A DNA stretch of 64,000 nucleotides from Thermodesulfobacteriota bacterium (GTDB lineage Bacteria > Desulfobacterota > Desulfarculia > JACQYL01): contig CAXXLZ010000002.1 in the NCBI GenBank assembly GCA_963675595.2, positions 1,600,001 through 1,664,000 of the forward strand. The letters are read 5' to 3'. The position numbers were made by a program, and so were the translations under genes. The notes below the pieces were generated by a model, which was not told the DNA's origin, did not search any database, and was given only the letters and a program-made list of their open reading frames with translations. The stretch's first letter is position 1. Each line of letters starts with the position of its first letter. Of this stretch, positions 39,959 through 49,937 are shown one piece after another.

Positions 39959-41765
39959 CTAATGCAGTAATTTCAGCTGCTTATACGAAAAAGAAAGGTT
40001 TATGGCACTACGTTTTGGTGCTCCTGGAGAGTCTGTAAAGTGGGCGGCGGTTTGAGGCCAACGGCTTGGAAGATGCGGTAGGCGTCGCCTTGGAATTCCG
40101 TTCTGAGGAGGTAGGATTTTTCTGCGACCTGTAGATGGATGGCTTTGAAGGCGTCGAGGTCGAGCAGAACCTGGTCCCAAGGGATGTCGATTTCTTTGGT
40201 TTTGAGCTGTTTCTGCAGCGCGATCTTCAGGTATAGGGCCAGGAAGTTGCAGAAAATGTGACCTTGAACGCGTTGACACCGTTGATGGAACACGGGCCTG
40301 ACTTCCAGGGCGGATTTGAGGTCCCGGAAGGCTCTTTCCACCTGCCACAGTCGCTTGTAGGTGACCGCGACTTCATCGGCGGGAATGTCGGTACTGGTGA
40401 GGAGAACATACTTGCCGTCGAAGCGGGCGTCGTCCTTGACCTTGGCGGGATCGATGCGCACGGTTTCCCGGTCGAGTTTGATGAATTTCCTGAAGCCCTT
40501 GTTTCCCACCAGAGACTGGGGCCCCTGTTTTTTCAGGGTGGTTTTCAACTTTTCCACAAGGGCCGATCGGGTGGCCTCGTCTTTGGCTGCTTGGTCTTGG
40601 TTGTAGCAGAGGACGTAACGGCATCCGTTCAGATGAATCTCCTTGAACCACAAGGTGGGAGTGAGCGCTTGGTAGTAGCCCGGAGTGTCCACCACTTGGC
40701 CTCGGACATCCTGGTAACGGCGCATGGGGATGCCCACGATGTAGTCGATACCGGCACGCTCCAGTTCCACCAGATTGTCGACGCCGACCATACCGCGGTC
40801 GGAGACCAGGACCACGTTGTTCAGGGAGAACCGACGCTTGACCAGGGCGATGATGCGCTTGATGGTGGTAACGTCCGCCGTGTTGCCCTCCCAAAATTGA
40901 CAGGAAAGGGGATATCCCTTTCGGGACATGACGACGCCCACCAACACCTGTTTCCGATCGGGACGATGGTCCTTGGAGAACCCGTATCGAGCCAACTCGG
41001 CCGGCCCCCGGCCCTCGAAGTAGACCGAGGTGGTGTCGAAGAAAACGAGATCCACCCCGTAATCGAAGAGGTCGCGGCCCCGACGGAAAAGTTCCTTTTC
41101 GATTTCGGGCTGATACTCGGCCAGGAAGTCCATGGATCGATAAAGGTGCTGAAGCTCCAGGTCGTCGAAGCCTTCACCGTGGACGTTCTGAATCCAACGG
41201 CTCGCGGCGAGATCGGATCCCGGACGGACCAAGCGTTGGCAGACGCAGGCAAAGACCGCGCGCTCTAGATCGAAGCGATAATCGGAGCGAGAAGCGAGAG
41301 ATCGGAGTACCACATCGAGCCCCAAGGTCTTCCAGAGTTTCTCGATCACCAAAACGGTTCCCCAGGACTTGGCCCAGTCCGCCTTGACACTACCTTCCTT
41401 ATAGAGACTGATGACCTGATTCTGGGTGGAGAACTTGGCGAGACTGGTAAGAACTCCGTCCAAGGCACCCGATTCACGGAGCCTGTCGAGACGGCCCAGC
41501 GTGCATATAACTTTCTGTTTTACCTTCTTATCCTGGCGATAGTTCTCCACGATCTGAAGATATTCATGCTCGGATCCGCCGCTTTTGACCTTTTTGACGC
41601 GTGCAAACATGAAACAAATTGTACGGAATACAGGTCGGCGGAGTCAAGGAAAAAATCGGACATATTGGCACTACGTTTGGAGCCTCGGAAAAAGGCCAGC
41701 CTAATCATTTCGGTAAGTTAGGCGGGAGAGGCCCACTTTTTCACCCTCCAACTGTCAAAGATGAG
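39935..41765 (-). mobile_element. IS1634-family insertion sequence
   Basis: IRs CT(G/C)ATCTTTGACAGTT; target duplication TCAAG at 39930-39934 and 41766-41770. Confidence 0.92.
40000..41610 (-). CDS. IS1634-family transposase
   Basis: YLQIVENYR, FDTTSVYFEG, GFSKDHRPD, VSDRG and YKRLWQVERAFRDLK motifs. Confidence 0.95.
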   Translation of the reverse strand: MFARVKKVKSGGSEHEYLQIVENYRQDKKVKQKVICTLGRLDRLRESGALDGVLTSLAKFSTQNQVISLYKEGSVKADWAKSWGTVLVIEKLWKTLGLDVVLRSLASRSDYRFDLERAVFACVCQRLVRPGSDLAASRWIQNVHGEGFDDLELQHLYRSMDFLAEYQPEIEKELFRRGRDLFDYGVDLVFFDTTSVYFEGRGPAELARYGFSKDHRPDRKQVLVGVVMSRKGYPLSCQFWEGNTADVTTIKRIIALVKRRFSLNNVVLVSDRGMVGVDNLVELERAGIDYIVGIPMRRYQDVRGQVVDTPGYYQALTPTLWFKEIHLNGCRYVLCYNQDQAAKDEATRSALVEKLKTTLKKQGPQSLVGNKGFRKFIKLDRETVRIDPAKVKDDARFDGKYVLLTSTDIPADEVAVTYKRLWQVERAFRDLKSALEVRPVFHQRCQRVQGHIFCNFLALYLKIALQKQLKTKEIDIPWDQVLLDLDAFKAIHLQVAEKSYLLRTEFQGDAYRIFQAVGLKPPPTLQTLQEHQNVVP

Positions 41766-41850
41766 TCAAGGACGTGAACAAGATTCGACTCCGGAAATGA
41801 GGCAACCGTCGTCAGACGGTTTTTTTGTCTCTTACGAAAGGAGAACGGTT

Positions 41851-42144
41851 ATGTGGTCAGTCGGGATCAACGAGAACGAGGCTCCGGTCTACGTCATCAT
41901 CAATCCCCGTCATCCGCTGGGGCCCATGGTGGTGGGTCAGGATGACCCGGTTGGATTCCGAGATCCGATTGAGGCGGTTTCAGAAGTCGGGGTCTTGCGA
42001 CAAAGGTTCGGCGGACATTTGATCCTTTGCATGGCTGTTCCGGTGGAGGAGCCGGTGGCCGGCAGAGGCAGGCTTGAGCAGTTCAACGAAGAAGCGGAAG
42101 CGGAGGGATTTCCCTACGAACTCGTGGAGGAGTATCTCTTCTAA
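41851..42144 (+). CDS. Hypothetical protein
   Basis: SD AAGGAG, 97 aa. Confidence 0.6.
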   Translation: MWSVGINENEAPVYVIINPRHPLGPMVVGQDDPVGFRDPIEAVSEVGVLRQRFGGHLILCMAVPVEEPVAGRGRLEQFNEEAEAEGFPYELVEEYLF

Positions 42145-42264
42145 ACAAAGAAGAAAGGAATCAAAGAGCATGGATGGCGGCGGCTTCGGCCGCTTTTTTT
42201 GTGGGCTGTTTCCGGCCGTGAGCTGGAAGCGGCCTTTTCTATTTCTGAATGGTAGGAGAACGAC

Positions 42265-43188
42265 ATGGACATTTCGAGTTATCTCAAAGCCGGATATCCG
42301 GCGCTTTACATCATCACCCTGGAACCCGATCGAGCGGTCCGCTCCATTCGACCCGAAGGCTGGAGGACATTTTCCTGGGACTGCCAACGCGGCATCGTGG
42401 ATTTGCAGTCGGGCATGCGAACCGACGATTCCAGTGATCCATTGAGCAGTCTCAAGTGGCTCTCGGTAAAGGAGGACACGGTGCTCTTCGTCCACAACTT
42501 CCACCACTTCCTGGGTTCCGTGGAAATCATCCAGGAAATCCAGAACAGCCTGCCCTCATGGAAAGGCCAAGGGTGTTGTCTGGTCTTGGTGGGGCCTCAG
42601 GTGAGCCTGCCGGCGGAGCTGGAAAAGTACTTCACCATGTTGGACTTCGAACTTCCCGGGGCTTTGGAACTTCGACGGATTCAGGAAGAGCTCGGAGAAA
42701 GCGTCGGGATCGAAGCCGACGTGGAGGCTGTGGAGGCCGCCCTGGGGCTTACGGAGTTCGAGGCTGAGACTGCATTTGCCCGGTCTTTGGTGGAACGAAA
42801 ACGGTTCTGCAAGGAGATCGTTACCGAGCAGAAAAAGCAGATGATCAAACGTACGGGACTCATGGAGTTCTGGCCGCCGGTGTCCATCGAGGAAGTCGGA
42901 GGCCTCGATCTCTTGAAGGAGTACATCAACAACCGAAAGAAAGCCTTCGAGCCCGGCAATGATCATCTGCCAAGACCTAAAGCCTTGCTTTTGGTCGGGG
43001 TGCCGGGCTGCGGGAAATCGCTCTCCTGCAAGGCAGCGGCCTCGATCCTCGGATGGCCGCTCATCCGGTTGGATTTGTCCGCTTTGAAAGGTTCTCTCGT
43101 CGGCGAAAGCGAACGAAAAATGAGGCAAGCTACTGCAACGATTGATGCTTTCGGTAAAGCGGTGATCTGGTGCGATGAACTCGAAAAG
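42265..43188 (+). CDS. Ycf46-like AAA ATPase, exon 1
   Basis: GVPGCGKS Walker A; Walker B WCDELEK ends exactly at the intron start. Confidence 0.9.
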
Positions 43189-45749
43189 GTGCGCCGTATT
43201 GGCGCCAGATAGGAGTGTGACGGAAGTCACCAAGATTACGGAAATATCCTGTACGCACCCAACTTATCTCTGACCAGCAATGGTCCTTGTCCCGAAAGGG
43301 AGGGGGGAGTGCAGCATGTTGGGAAAAGGCATCAAAGAAGGTAGCTACGACCAACGATGATGTCAGCGTAAGCCGTGTATGGTCAAGGCTAAACTGCTTG
43401 AACCCCAGTCCTCATGGCCGTAGCTCGGGCACTGGTGAAAGTAGCTGAAACGCCAGTCCGGACTGTATGTAGGCCCACTTTTCGACCTGCATATTCCGTC
43501 TGTCCGGCATGCCTTCGACGAGAAGGATAAAAGGGACGAACGGGAGACCTAACCACGGCGAATCTTTGATCTGGCGTAAATGCGGGATCGCCTAAGCTGG
43601 TCACGAGCACACGGCTCGGACCTGTATGGCGACGGAGTCTTCATAGTACCCAAGGTGGGCCTGTAATGGGTTCTGCAGATCTCGCAATTGCGGGATACGG
43701 ATATGGCTATAAGTCGGTGGCGACATCGACGAAGGGTCCTCTATCCGGGGGAAGGAAGACAGCTTATGCAACGTGTTCAACACTCTGAAAGGAGGATGTG
43801 CTGATGCTGTCCGCTACGACCATCAAGAGGTTGAACGCTCTTGGAAAACTCTCCAAGCAGGGGAAACGTGTTAACGGCCTATTTCGGCTCATGGAAAACC
43901 CGACTTTATGGGAAGACGCCTACGCCAATATCTATTCAAACAAAGGTGCTATGACGAAGGGCGTGGACGGCGTGACCCTGGACGGCTTTTCCGATGAGCG
44001 GGCAAAGAACATTATTAAGCTGCTCAAAGACGGTCGTTACAAGTTCAAACCATCAAAACGCGTTTACATCCCCAAGGCCAACGGTAAGTTGCGACCCTTG
44101 GGCATACCTTCCGGAGATGACAAGCTGATCCAGGAAGTGACACGAGCGATTCTGGAACGAATCTACGAGCCGATCTTTTCTGATCGCTCGCATGGATTTC
44201 GTCCGGAAAGATCGTGTCATACCGCTTTGCGGTATCTTCAGAAATACTGGACCGGCGTTAAGTGGATCATCGACATGGATATCCGGGGTTTCTTCGACAA
44301 TATCGACCATAAGGTGTTGATAAGACTGTTGGAGAAACGGATTGACGACAGGCGTTTCATCAATCTCATCAAGGCCATGCTTAAGGCCGGCTATATTGAT
44401 GATTGGAAATACCATGCCACGTATAGTGGAACTCCTCAAGGTGGAATTATTTCCCCGATCCTAGCCAATATTTACCTTCATGAGCTCGACGAGTTCATGG
44501 AAAGTCTGGTTCAGGAATTCAACAAGGGAAAGCGAAGACGCCGGAACGAAGAGTATCTCCGCTATCAGTATCTGGTCCGTCGTCAAAGGATAAGGTTCGC
44601 CCGGGCTCAGCAGGCTGGGGAGACCGAAAAGCTCAAAGAAATAGAAGCCGAACTTCGGGAACATTGCAGGATGCGACGTTTAGTCCCTTCCTTGGATTTC
44701 CATGACGAAGGTTACAAGAGACTGATGTATATCCGGTACGCCGATGATTTTCTCATCGGCATGATCGGCTCCAAGGAGGATTGCAGGCAGGTCATGCAGA
44801 CTGTTCGTGGTTTTGTCCAAGAACATTTGCGCCTGCAGATCTCCGAAGAGAAATCAGGCCTCCGTCATTGTACTGAGGAAACGCGCTTCCTCGGGTATGA
44901 CATCACAACCTACCCGGTGGGAAAATCGGTCAAGGTAAAACTTGGCGGGACCTACACGACCAGGAGGCTTGGGGCTGGTCGAATCCAGCTTAAAGTCCCA
45001 AGCGATAAGATGGCGGCGTTCTGCAAGAAGAACGGATATGGCAACTATGAGAACTTTGAAGTCATGCCCCGACTTAACTTGGTCAACCTAATGGATACAC
45101 AAATCCTCACGATTTACAACGCGGAGTTGAGGGGCTTTGCCAATTACTATGTTCTCGCTCAAGGGGCAGTTCGGGCATTGCAGAAACTGCAGTCCGTCTG
45201 GTTCCGAAGTTTGACGAGAACATTCGCCCGAAAACACCGCTGCAGCAAGAGAACAGTGAGGAGGCGTCTGAAGGTTGAACCGGGGGAATACGCTATTACC
45301 GAATGGTACCATGGGAAATTACGCACCACTCGGCTCTTCAGGTTGAAGGACCTCAAATTTTACCGCTCTTCCCTGTTGCAGAATCTCGACAGTGTACCCA
45401 ATACAAAGAAGTATCGGGCCACGTACTCTGATATCCTTTCTCGTTTGAGGGCTCAGAAATGCGAGTTCTGCGGGCGTGCAGGCGGCTACTTTGAGGTGCA
45501 CCACGCCGGGAGTATGAGTGCCGTTGCTGATGGCAACGAACCATGGAAAGAGCTGATGCGTGAACGCAATCGGAAAACCCTGGTCTTGTGCGTTCACTGC
45601 CATCGGCAACTCCATGACGGGACTCTGCCTGACCTGAGATTTCCAGGTAAGTGTAAGTAGAGAGCCGTATGCGGTGAAAGCCGCACGTACGGTTCGGAGG
45701 GGGGTGGCGGCTTAGCCTGCTTCTGCAGGAGGGCCGCTGCCTACCCTAC
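43189..45749 (+). mobile_element. Complete group II intron
   Basis: 5' GTGCG; domain V GAGCCGTATGCGGTGAAAGCCGCACGTACGGTTC at about 45662; domain VI ending CCCTAC. Splicing restores the frame ELEK|VLSG. Confidence 0.95.
43798..45660 (+). CDS. ltrA: Group II intron RT/maturase with HNH endonuclease
   Basis: LRPLGIP, GTPQGG, RYADD; C-terminal CEFC..EVHH..CVHCH. Confidence 0.95.
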   Translation: MLMLSATTIKRLNALGKLSKQGKRVNGLFRLMENPTLWEDAYANIYSNKGAMTKGVDGVTLDGFSDERAKNIIKLLKDGRYKFKPSKRVYIPKANGKLRPLGIPSGDDKLIQEVTRAILERIYEPIFSDRSHGFRPERSCHTALRYLQKYWTGVKWIIDMDIRGFFDNIDHKVLIRLLEKRIDDRRFINLIKAMLKAGYIDDWKYHATYSGTPQGGIISPILANIYLHELDEFMESLVQEFNKGKRRRRNEEYLRYQYLVRRQRIRFARAQQAGETEKLKEIEAELREHCRMRRLVPSLDFHDEGYKRLMYIRYADDFLIGMIGSKEDCRQVMQTVRGFVQEHLRLQISEEKSGLRHCTEETRFLGYDITTYPVGKSVKVKLGGTYTTRRLGAGRIQLKVPSDKMAAFCKKNGYGNYENFEVMPRLNLVNLMDTQILTIYNAELRGFANYYVLAQGAVRALQKLQSVWFRSLTRTFARKHRCSKRTVRRRLKVEPGEYAITEWYHGKLRTTRLFRLKDLKFYRSSLLQNLDSVPNTKKYRATYSDILSRLRAQKCEFCGRAGGYFEVHHAGSMSAVADGNEPWKELMRERNRKTLVLCVHCHRQLHDGTLPDLRFPGKCK

Positions 45750-46232
45750 GTGCTGTCCGGAGTCAAAAGTTCGGGAATCTCGGACGGTGGGACCACCTCG
45801 TCCATGTTCGGGCATCTGCTCTTGTGGCTTCAAGAGACTACCAGTCCGATTCTGGTCATGGCAACCGCTAATGCTATCTCGGGGCTGCCGCCTGAGTTTA
45901 TGCGATCGGGAAGGTTTGATGCCCTCTTTTTCGTGGATATCCCGAACAAAAGCGAGCGCGAAGCCATCATCGAAATCATGAATAAACGATACGGTTCGGA
46001 AATACCTTCCGAGTATGCAGCTGAACTCACTGAATGGACAGGCGCTGAGATCGAGCAATTGGCGAAAGATTCGCTCTTTGACGGCCTGGAAAACGCCCGT
46101 GATGCCATTGTTCCGCTTTCGAAAACCATGAAGGAGCAGCTCTCAGCGCTCCGGGATTGGGCTGAGACTCGGGCGAGGAGAGCGAGCCGAAGCGACGAAG
46201 AACCCGTGAAAACGATTCGGAGGATACGATGA
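45750..46232 (+). CDS. Ycf46-like AAA ATPase, exon 2
   Basis: SDGGTTS, ATAN, LPPEFMRSGRFD and WTGAEIEQ motifs. Confidence 0.9.
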   Translation: MLSGVKSSGISDGGTTSSMFGHLLLWLQETTSPILVMATANAISGLPPEFMRSGRFDALFFVDIPNKSEREAIIEIMNKRYGSEIPSEYAAELTEWTGAEIEQLAKDSLFDGLENARDAIVPLSKTMKEQLSALRDWAETRARRASRSDEEPVKTIRRIR

Positions 46233-46600
46233 GTCATATCGTTAAAATCGAACTCGAAGTAAAGGACCTCGCTGTCCTGAAGTCTGCGTGTAATCGGCTG
46301 GGTCTGATGTTCCTCGAAGGCAGGAAAGAGTTCCGGTGGTACGGAAACAACGCAGCGTGCGAGCATGCCATTCGATTGCCCGGTGCGGATTATGAAATCG
46401 GCGTTCAGAGGATGGATGACAGGTATGAACTTCAGTGCGACTTCTACGACCCTAACGTGGAAAAAGCAATCGGCGTAAACGGAGGACTGTTGAAGCAGGC
46501 CTACGCAGTGGAGAAGACCCGGACCGAAGCTCGGCGTAAAGGCTACACGGTGATCGAAAAGAAAACCGAAAATGCAATCCGGCTCCACGTCCGGATGTAG
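46229..46600 (+). CDS. DUF1257/Ycf35-like protein
   Basis: MSHIVKI..DL..LK.AC..LG and LKQAYA patterns; ATGA-coupled. Confidence 0.8.
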   Translation: MSHIVKIELEVKDLAVLKSACNRLGLMFLEGRKEFRWYGNNAACEHAIRLPGADYEIGVQRMDDRYELQCDFYDPNVEKAIGVNGGLLKQAYAVEKTRTEARRKGYTVIEKKTENAIRLHVRM

Positions 46601-46609
46601 GAGGCTGTG

Positions 46610-46807
46610 ATGAAGGAAATCATTGTTGAAGTGTCCATGGATGGCGAGATCAAGCTCGAAACCCGAGGGTTCAAGGGCAAGGCTTGTATCGAGGAATCGA
46701 AATTCCTGAAGGATTTGCTTGGAAGAGAAACCGCCCAAAGCCTGACTCCAGCGTACTACGAGGAGGAGAAAGAAGCGGTGAAGAAGTATCTGCCGCTTTG
46801 CGGCTGA
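46610..46807 (+). CDS. DUF2997-like protein
   Basis: DGEIKLETRGFKGKAC..TPAYY pattern. Confidence 0.8.
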   Translation: MKEIIVEVSMDGEIKLETRGFKGKACIEESKFLKDLLGRETAQSLTPAYYEEEKEAVKKYLPLCG

Positions 46808-46899
46808 CGTTTGGCAGACACTGTAATCACAAATCAACACATGCCCCGGTTTCCGTTACTCGGAGATCGGGGTTTTCTTTTTTCTGAAAGGAGACGGCG

Positions 46900-47772
46900 A
46901 TGGAAAACATCTTCGAAAAAGGATGCCTGGTGCAACTCTCCATCAGCATGTGGGGAGCGAGAAGAAAGATCGATCAGGGAAAACTCGCTCAAATGACCAC
47001 GAACCACGAGTGGCTTCATGCAACGAAAAAGCTCGTGGACCCGGAAAGCCTGAAACCCATTGCAAAGTTGGCCGGTAATTCCCGGCTCTACCTCACATCG
47101 GTCAGTCTGCCCTTCCCCATCCACGGCATGATGTTCGTGCCGAAAGACTTGATCTCCGAAGTGGACGAGAAGTTGCGGGAGCTTCAATCTGAGTTCGGTT
47201 ACCTCGTGAACGATTTTGCCTCACGGTATCCGGTGCTCAGGGACTCGGCCATTGCGTACCTCGGTGACCTGTTCAATGAGCAGGATTATCCGATGGACAT
47301 CCGAAGGCGGTTTTCCTTCGAGTGGCGGTTTGTGGCCCTTGATGTCCCGAACGGCAGGTTCGGTCTCCTGGCGCCGGAAGTGTATGAGCGCGAAAAGCGA
47401 AAGTTCATCCAAACCATGGAAGAGGCCAGGGAGCTTGCCGTGCAGAGCCTTCGAGAGGAGTTCGCCGACCTTGTGGGGCACATCTGCGAGCGGTTCAGTA
47501 TCGGGCCGGACGGCGAAGCCAAGAAGTTCAAGGGATCGACGGTGACGAACTTCTACGAGTTCTTCGAACACTTCAAGCAACGAAACGTCTTCGACGACAA
47601 TGGCTTGGCGGAACTCGTGCAGCAGGCGGAGTCGGTGCTCGACGGAAGGTCGCCTGAGTCCATTCGCGAAAGCGGTTACCTCAAGAACCGGATTCGGGAA
47701 GCGATGGCTTCCGTGCATGACCAAGTGCGGGAACTGGTGAACCAGCCGCGGCGAAAGATCGTCCTGGATTAG
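46900..47772 (+). CDS. DUF3150-like protein
   Basis: ISMWGARRK, KKLVDP and YP..IRRRFSF patterns; follows the AAA/DUF1257/DUF2997 cluster. Confidence 0.7.
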   Translation: MENIFEKGCLVQLSISMWGARRKIDQGKLAQMTTNHEWLHATKKLVDPESLKPIAKLAGNSRLYLTSVSLPFPIHGMMFVPKDLISEVDEKLRELQSEFGYLVNDFASRYPVLRDSAIAYLGDLFNEQDYPMDIRRRFSFEWRFVALDVPNGRFGLLAPEVYEREKRKFIQTMEEARELAVQSLREEFADLVGHICERFSIGPDGEAKKFKGSTVTNFYEFFEHFKQRNVFDDNGLAELVQQAESVLDGRSPESIRESGYLKNRIREAMASVHDQVRELVNQPRRKIVLD

Positions 47773-48215
47773 GACCTGAAACCGAGGCTTCGGGGACCTC
47801 GTTCCCCGGAGCCGCAAGGCAAGTCCTTGTTTTCCAGACGGTCGATGGTTCTCGCTTGTGCTTCGCATCAAGACATCAAGGGAGATTTTTGATTCCGGGC
47901 AACACGCTCGTCTGTTTGGACGGATTATACCAGTAGGGACGGTGATGGCGCGCTCTTGTCCGCAGGAAATATCGATGACCAACGCATGGCCCGGATCGTT
48001 GCCTCAACTGGGCAAGTCCGCTCGACAGGTTTAAATACAGGAAGCGCGTAATATGCAGCATGGAAAGGTATTCATTGGATCCCGAGCCTTCGCCCACGAT
48101 ATCGGACTGGTGGCGGGCCAGGGAGAGAAGCAAGGACGGGTTTGTAATGTTTTTCTAAAACACGGAAGCCGGCATTGGGAACTGCAAAATCAGTCATCGT
48201 CATAGAAACACAACT

Positions 48216-48491
48216 ATGGAGAATTCAAAACAACAGGAGGAAGTCATGGGAAGGAATCGTGGGACAGAGTGCGAAGAGCAACTCGAAACAATGGACGATG
48301 AATTGTTGGAGGATAGCGAAGCCCAATACGAACGAAAGTCCGATCCTTTCTTCTGGTTGGCCGCAAATATCGAGAAAGTCTTCAGTCGACCCTCGGAGAC
48401 GGAATCGGTCACCGAAGACCAGTCCGATTCTGCGGTCGAGACTACCGGAAAGCCGGGGTCCAAGAAGAAGAAAAAGAAGAAGAGGATTTGA
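48216..48491 (+). CDS. Acidic hypothetical protein with poly-Lys tail
   Basis: Probable start ATG 48246 after AGGAGG. Confidence 0.45.
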   Translation: MENSKQQEEVMGRNRGTECEEQLETMDDELLEDSEAQYERKSDPFFWLAANIEKVFSRPSETESVTEDQSDSAVETTGKPGSKKKKKKKRI

Positions 48492-48699
48492 CTCGAAGAG
48501 ATGGGGATTGCCTTTTGGGGCTATGCGAGCCCCTCCTCATTGTGAGATCGCCGGAGTGAAATCAGCGTGGGACCTTGGCTTCAAGAGTCCTCGTCTGGGG
48601 ATAGTTGTATTGACAAGACCCACTTTAACGGACAGCGGCTCCTGATTCTCGAACTTCTGTCTTCGTTCGCTCCGGAAAATTAAATAAGTTGCTGAAACC

Positions 48700-49914
48700 T
48701 CAGGCATTGAGATTATCCGGGGTTAATGTGAATCTCTTTATCAGCTCCTGAATGCGGGATTGGTATTTGGCAACGTGCTGGCGTATCGTGGGCGTCCGCA
48801 GGAGTTGTTCTATGGTATCACGGGTGCAAGCATCGTATTTGGACATGATGCGTACGAACTCGACTGTGTAATCGACGCTCATTTTGAGTAGAGACCGACG
48901 GGCATCGTTGATTTGTTGGGGCTCAGTGGGCATCCACTTGGCACCGTGTTTGGCCAGAATGTCAATCATTCTAAGCGCTTCACGCGAACTATCTGAATCG
49001 ATATCTCTGTTATTGCGCTCGCGATCGAACCTATCATAGTCAAAGGACCATTGCATGGACTCTATGCAGTTCTGGATCAAGGACGATCCATGATCCTTTT
49101 GATCAATCGGGGTGAATCCCTGATCAAGTAATTCAACCAGGAAATCTGCTTTGTCCGCCCTGCAGGCAGTTCGCAGCAAGTCAATGGCAATTGGATGATC
49201 AGGGGATATCCTGATTTTTCTCAGTTTGAAAACCTCAAAATGCTGGTACAGTGCAGCGTACTCCAAGGCGCATAAATCTTCGTCCGGGTCTGGATCCAAG
49301 TCAGGTGAGTCCGGCCCCTTGGCAAACGGATCCGCACCGGCCCATAACAGCAATGACACCCATTTTAGGTTCCTTTCCTTGCAGTGATGACGTAATGCCA
49401 TGTTCACCTGATCCTGAAAGCTGGGGAAGCGGTCTTTGTGTCGTTTGAACACTCCCAAGGCAGTCCGGATTCTCCAGCACAGCGCCCTTGCCAGCGGATA
49501 ACCGGTTTCGACATCGGCGCCCTGATCAATGAAATATTCCATGATTGCTGGTTCCCATGAGTCAAACACCCGAGTCATTTTCACCGACCGGACGTCAGCG
49601 CCGTTTTCCACCAAAAGCTCGATCAAATCCAAGCGGCGCTTGCCCACTCCCTGCTCAAGGGCATTGTAGGACCCATCCTGAACGATCGCTCCCCCTTCGA
49701 GCAGCACCTGCACAAGGCTGTGAAAACCTTTTTCGATGGAGACCTGCAGTGGGCAATTCTTTCGAGCGTTTATTGGAGACGGAGGCGGCAGATTGATTGG
49801 TTTTCCGTCCATGATCCAGGCTTGCACATCAAACAGCCGGCCAGCCTTGCACAGATCGATTAGCGGTTTGACTTCATCGTAATCTTTGGCTCTTTTCCCC
49901 AAGCAAATTACCAT
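48700..49914 (-). CDS. Ankyrin-repeat protein
   Basis: Repeated PL..A/S....LL..GA(D) units. Confidence 0.8.
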   Translation of the reverse strand: MVICLGKRAKDYDEVKPLIDLCKAGRLFDVQAWIMDGKPINLPPPSPINARKNCPLQVSIEKGFHSLVQVLLEGGAIVQDGSYNALEQGVGKRRLDLIELLVENGADVRSVKMTRVFDSWEPAIMEYFIDQGADVETGYPLARALCWRIRTALGVFKRHKDRFPSFQDQVNMALRHHCKERNLKWVSLLLWAGADPFAKGPDSPDLDPDPDEDLCALEYAALYQHFEVFKLRKIRISPDHPIAIDLLRTACRADKADFLVELLDQGFTPIDQKDHGSSLIQNCIESMQWSFDYDRFDRERNNRDIDSDSSREALRMIDILAKHGAKWMPTEPQQINDARRSLLKMSVDYTVEFVRIMSKYDACTRDTIEQLLRTPTIRQHVAKYQSRIQELIKRFTLTPDNLNA

Positions 49915-49937
49915 CTGTTCAGACTATGGAATGATCT

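Noticed and set aside
43798-45660. Retron, DGR or defence RT
   Set aside because: Clear group II intron termini, domain V/VI, maturase and HNH domains explain it.
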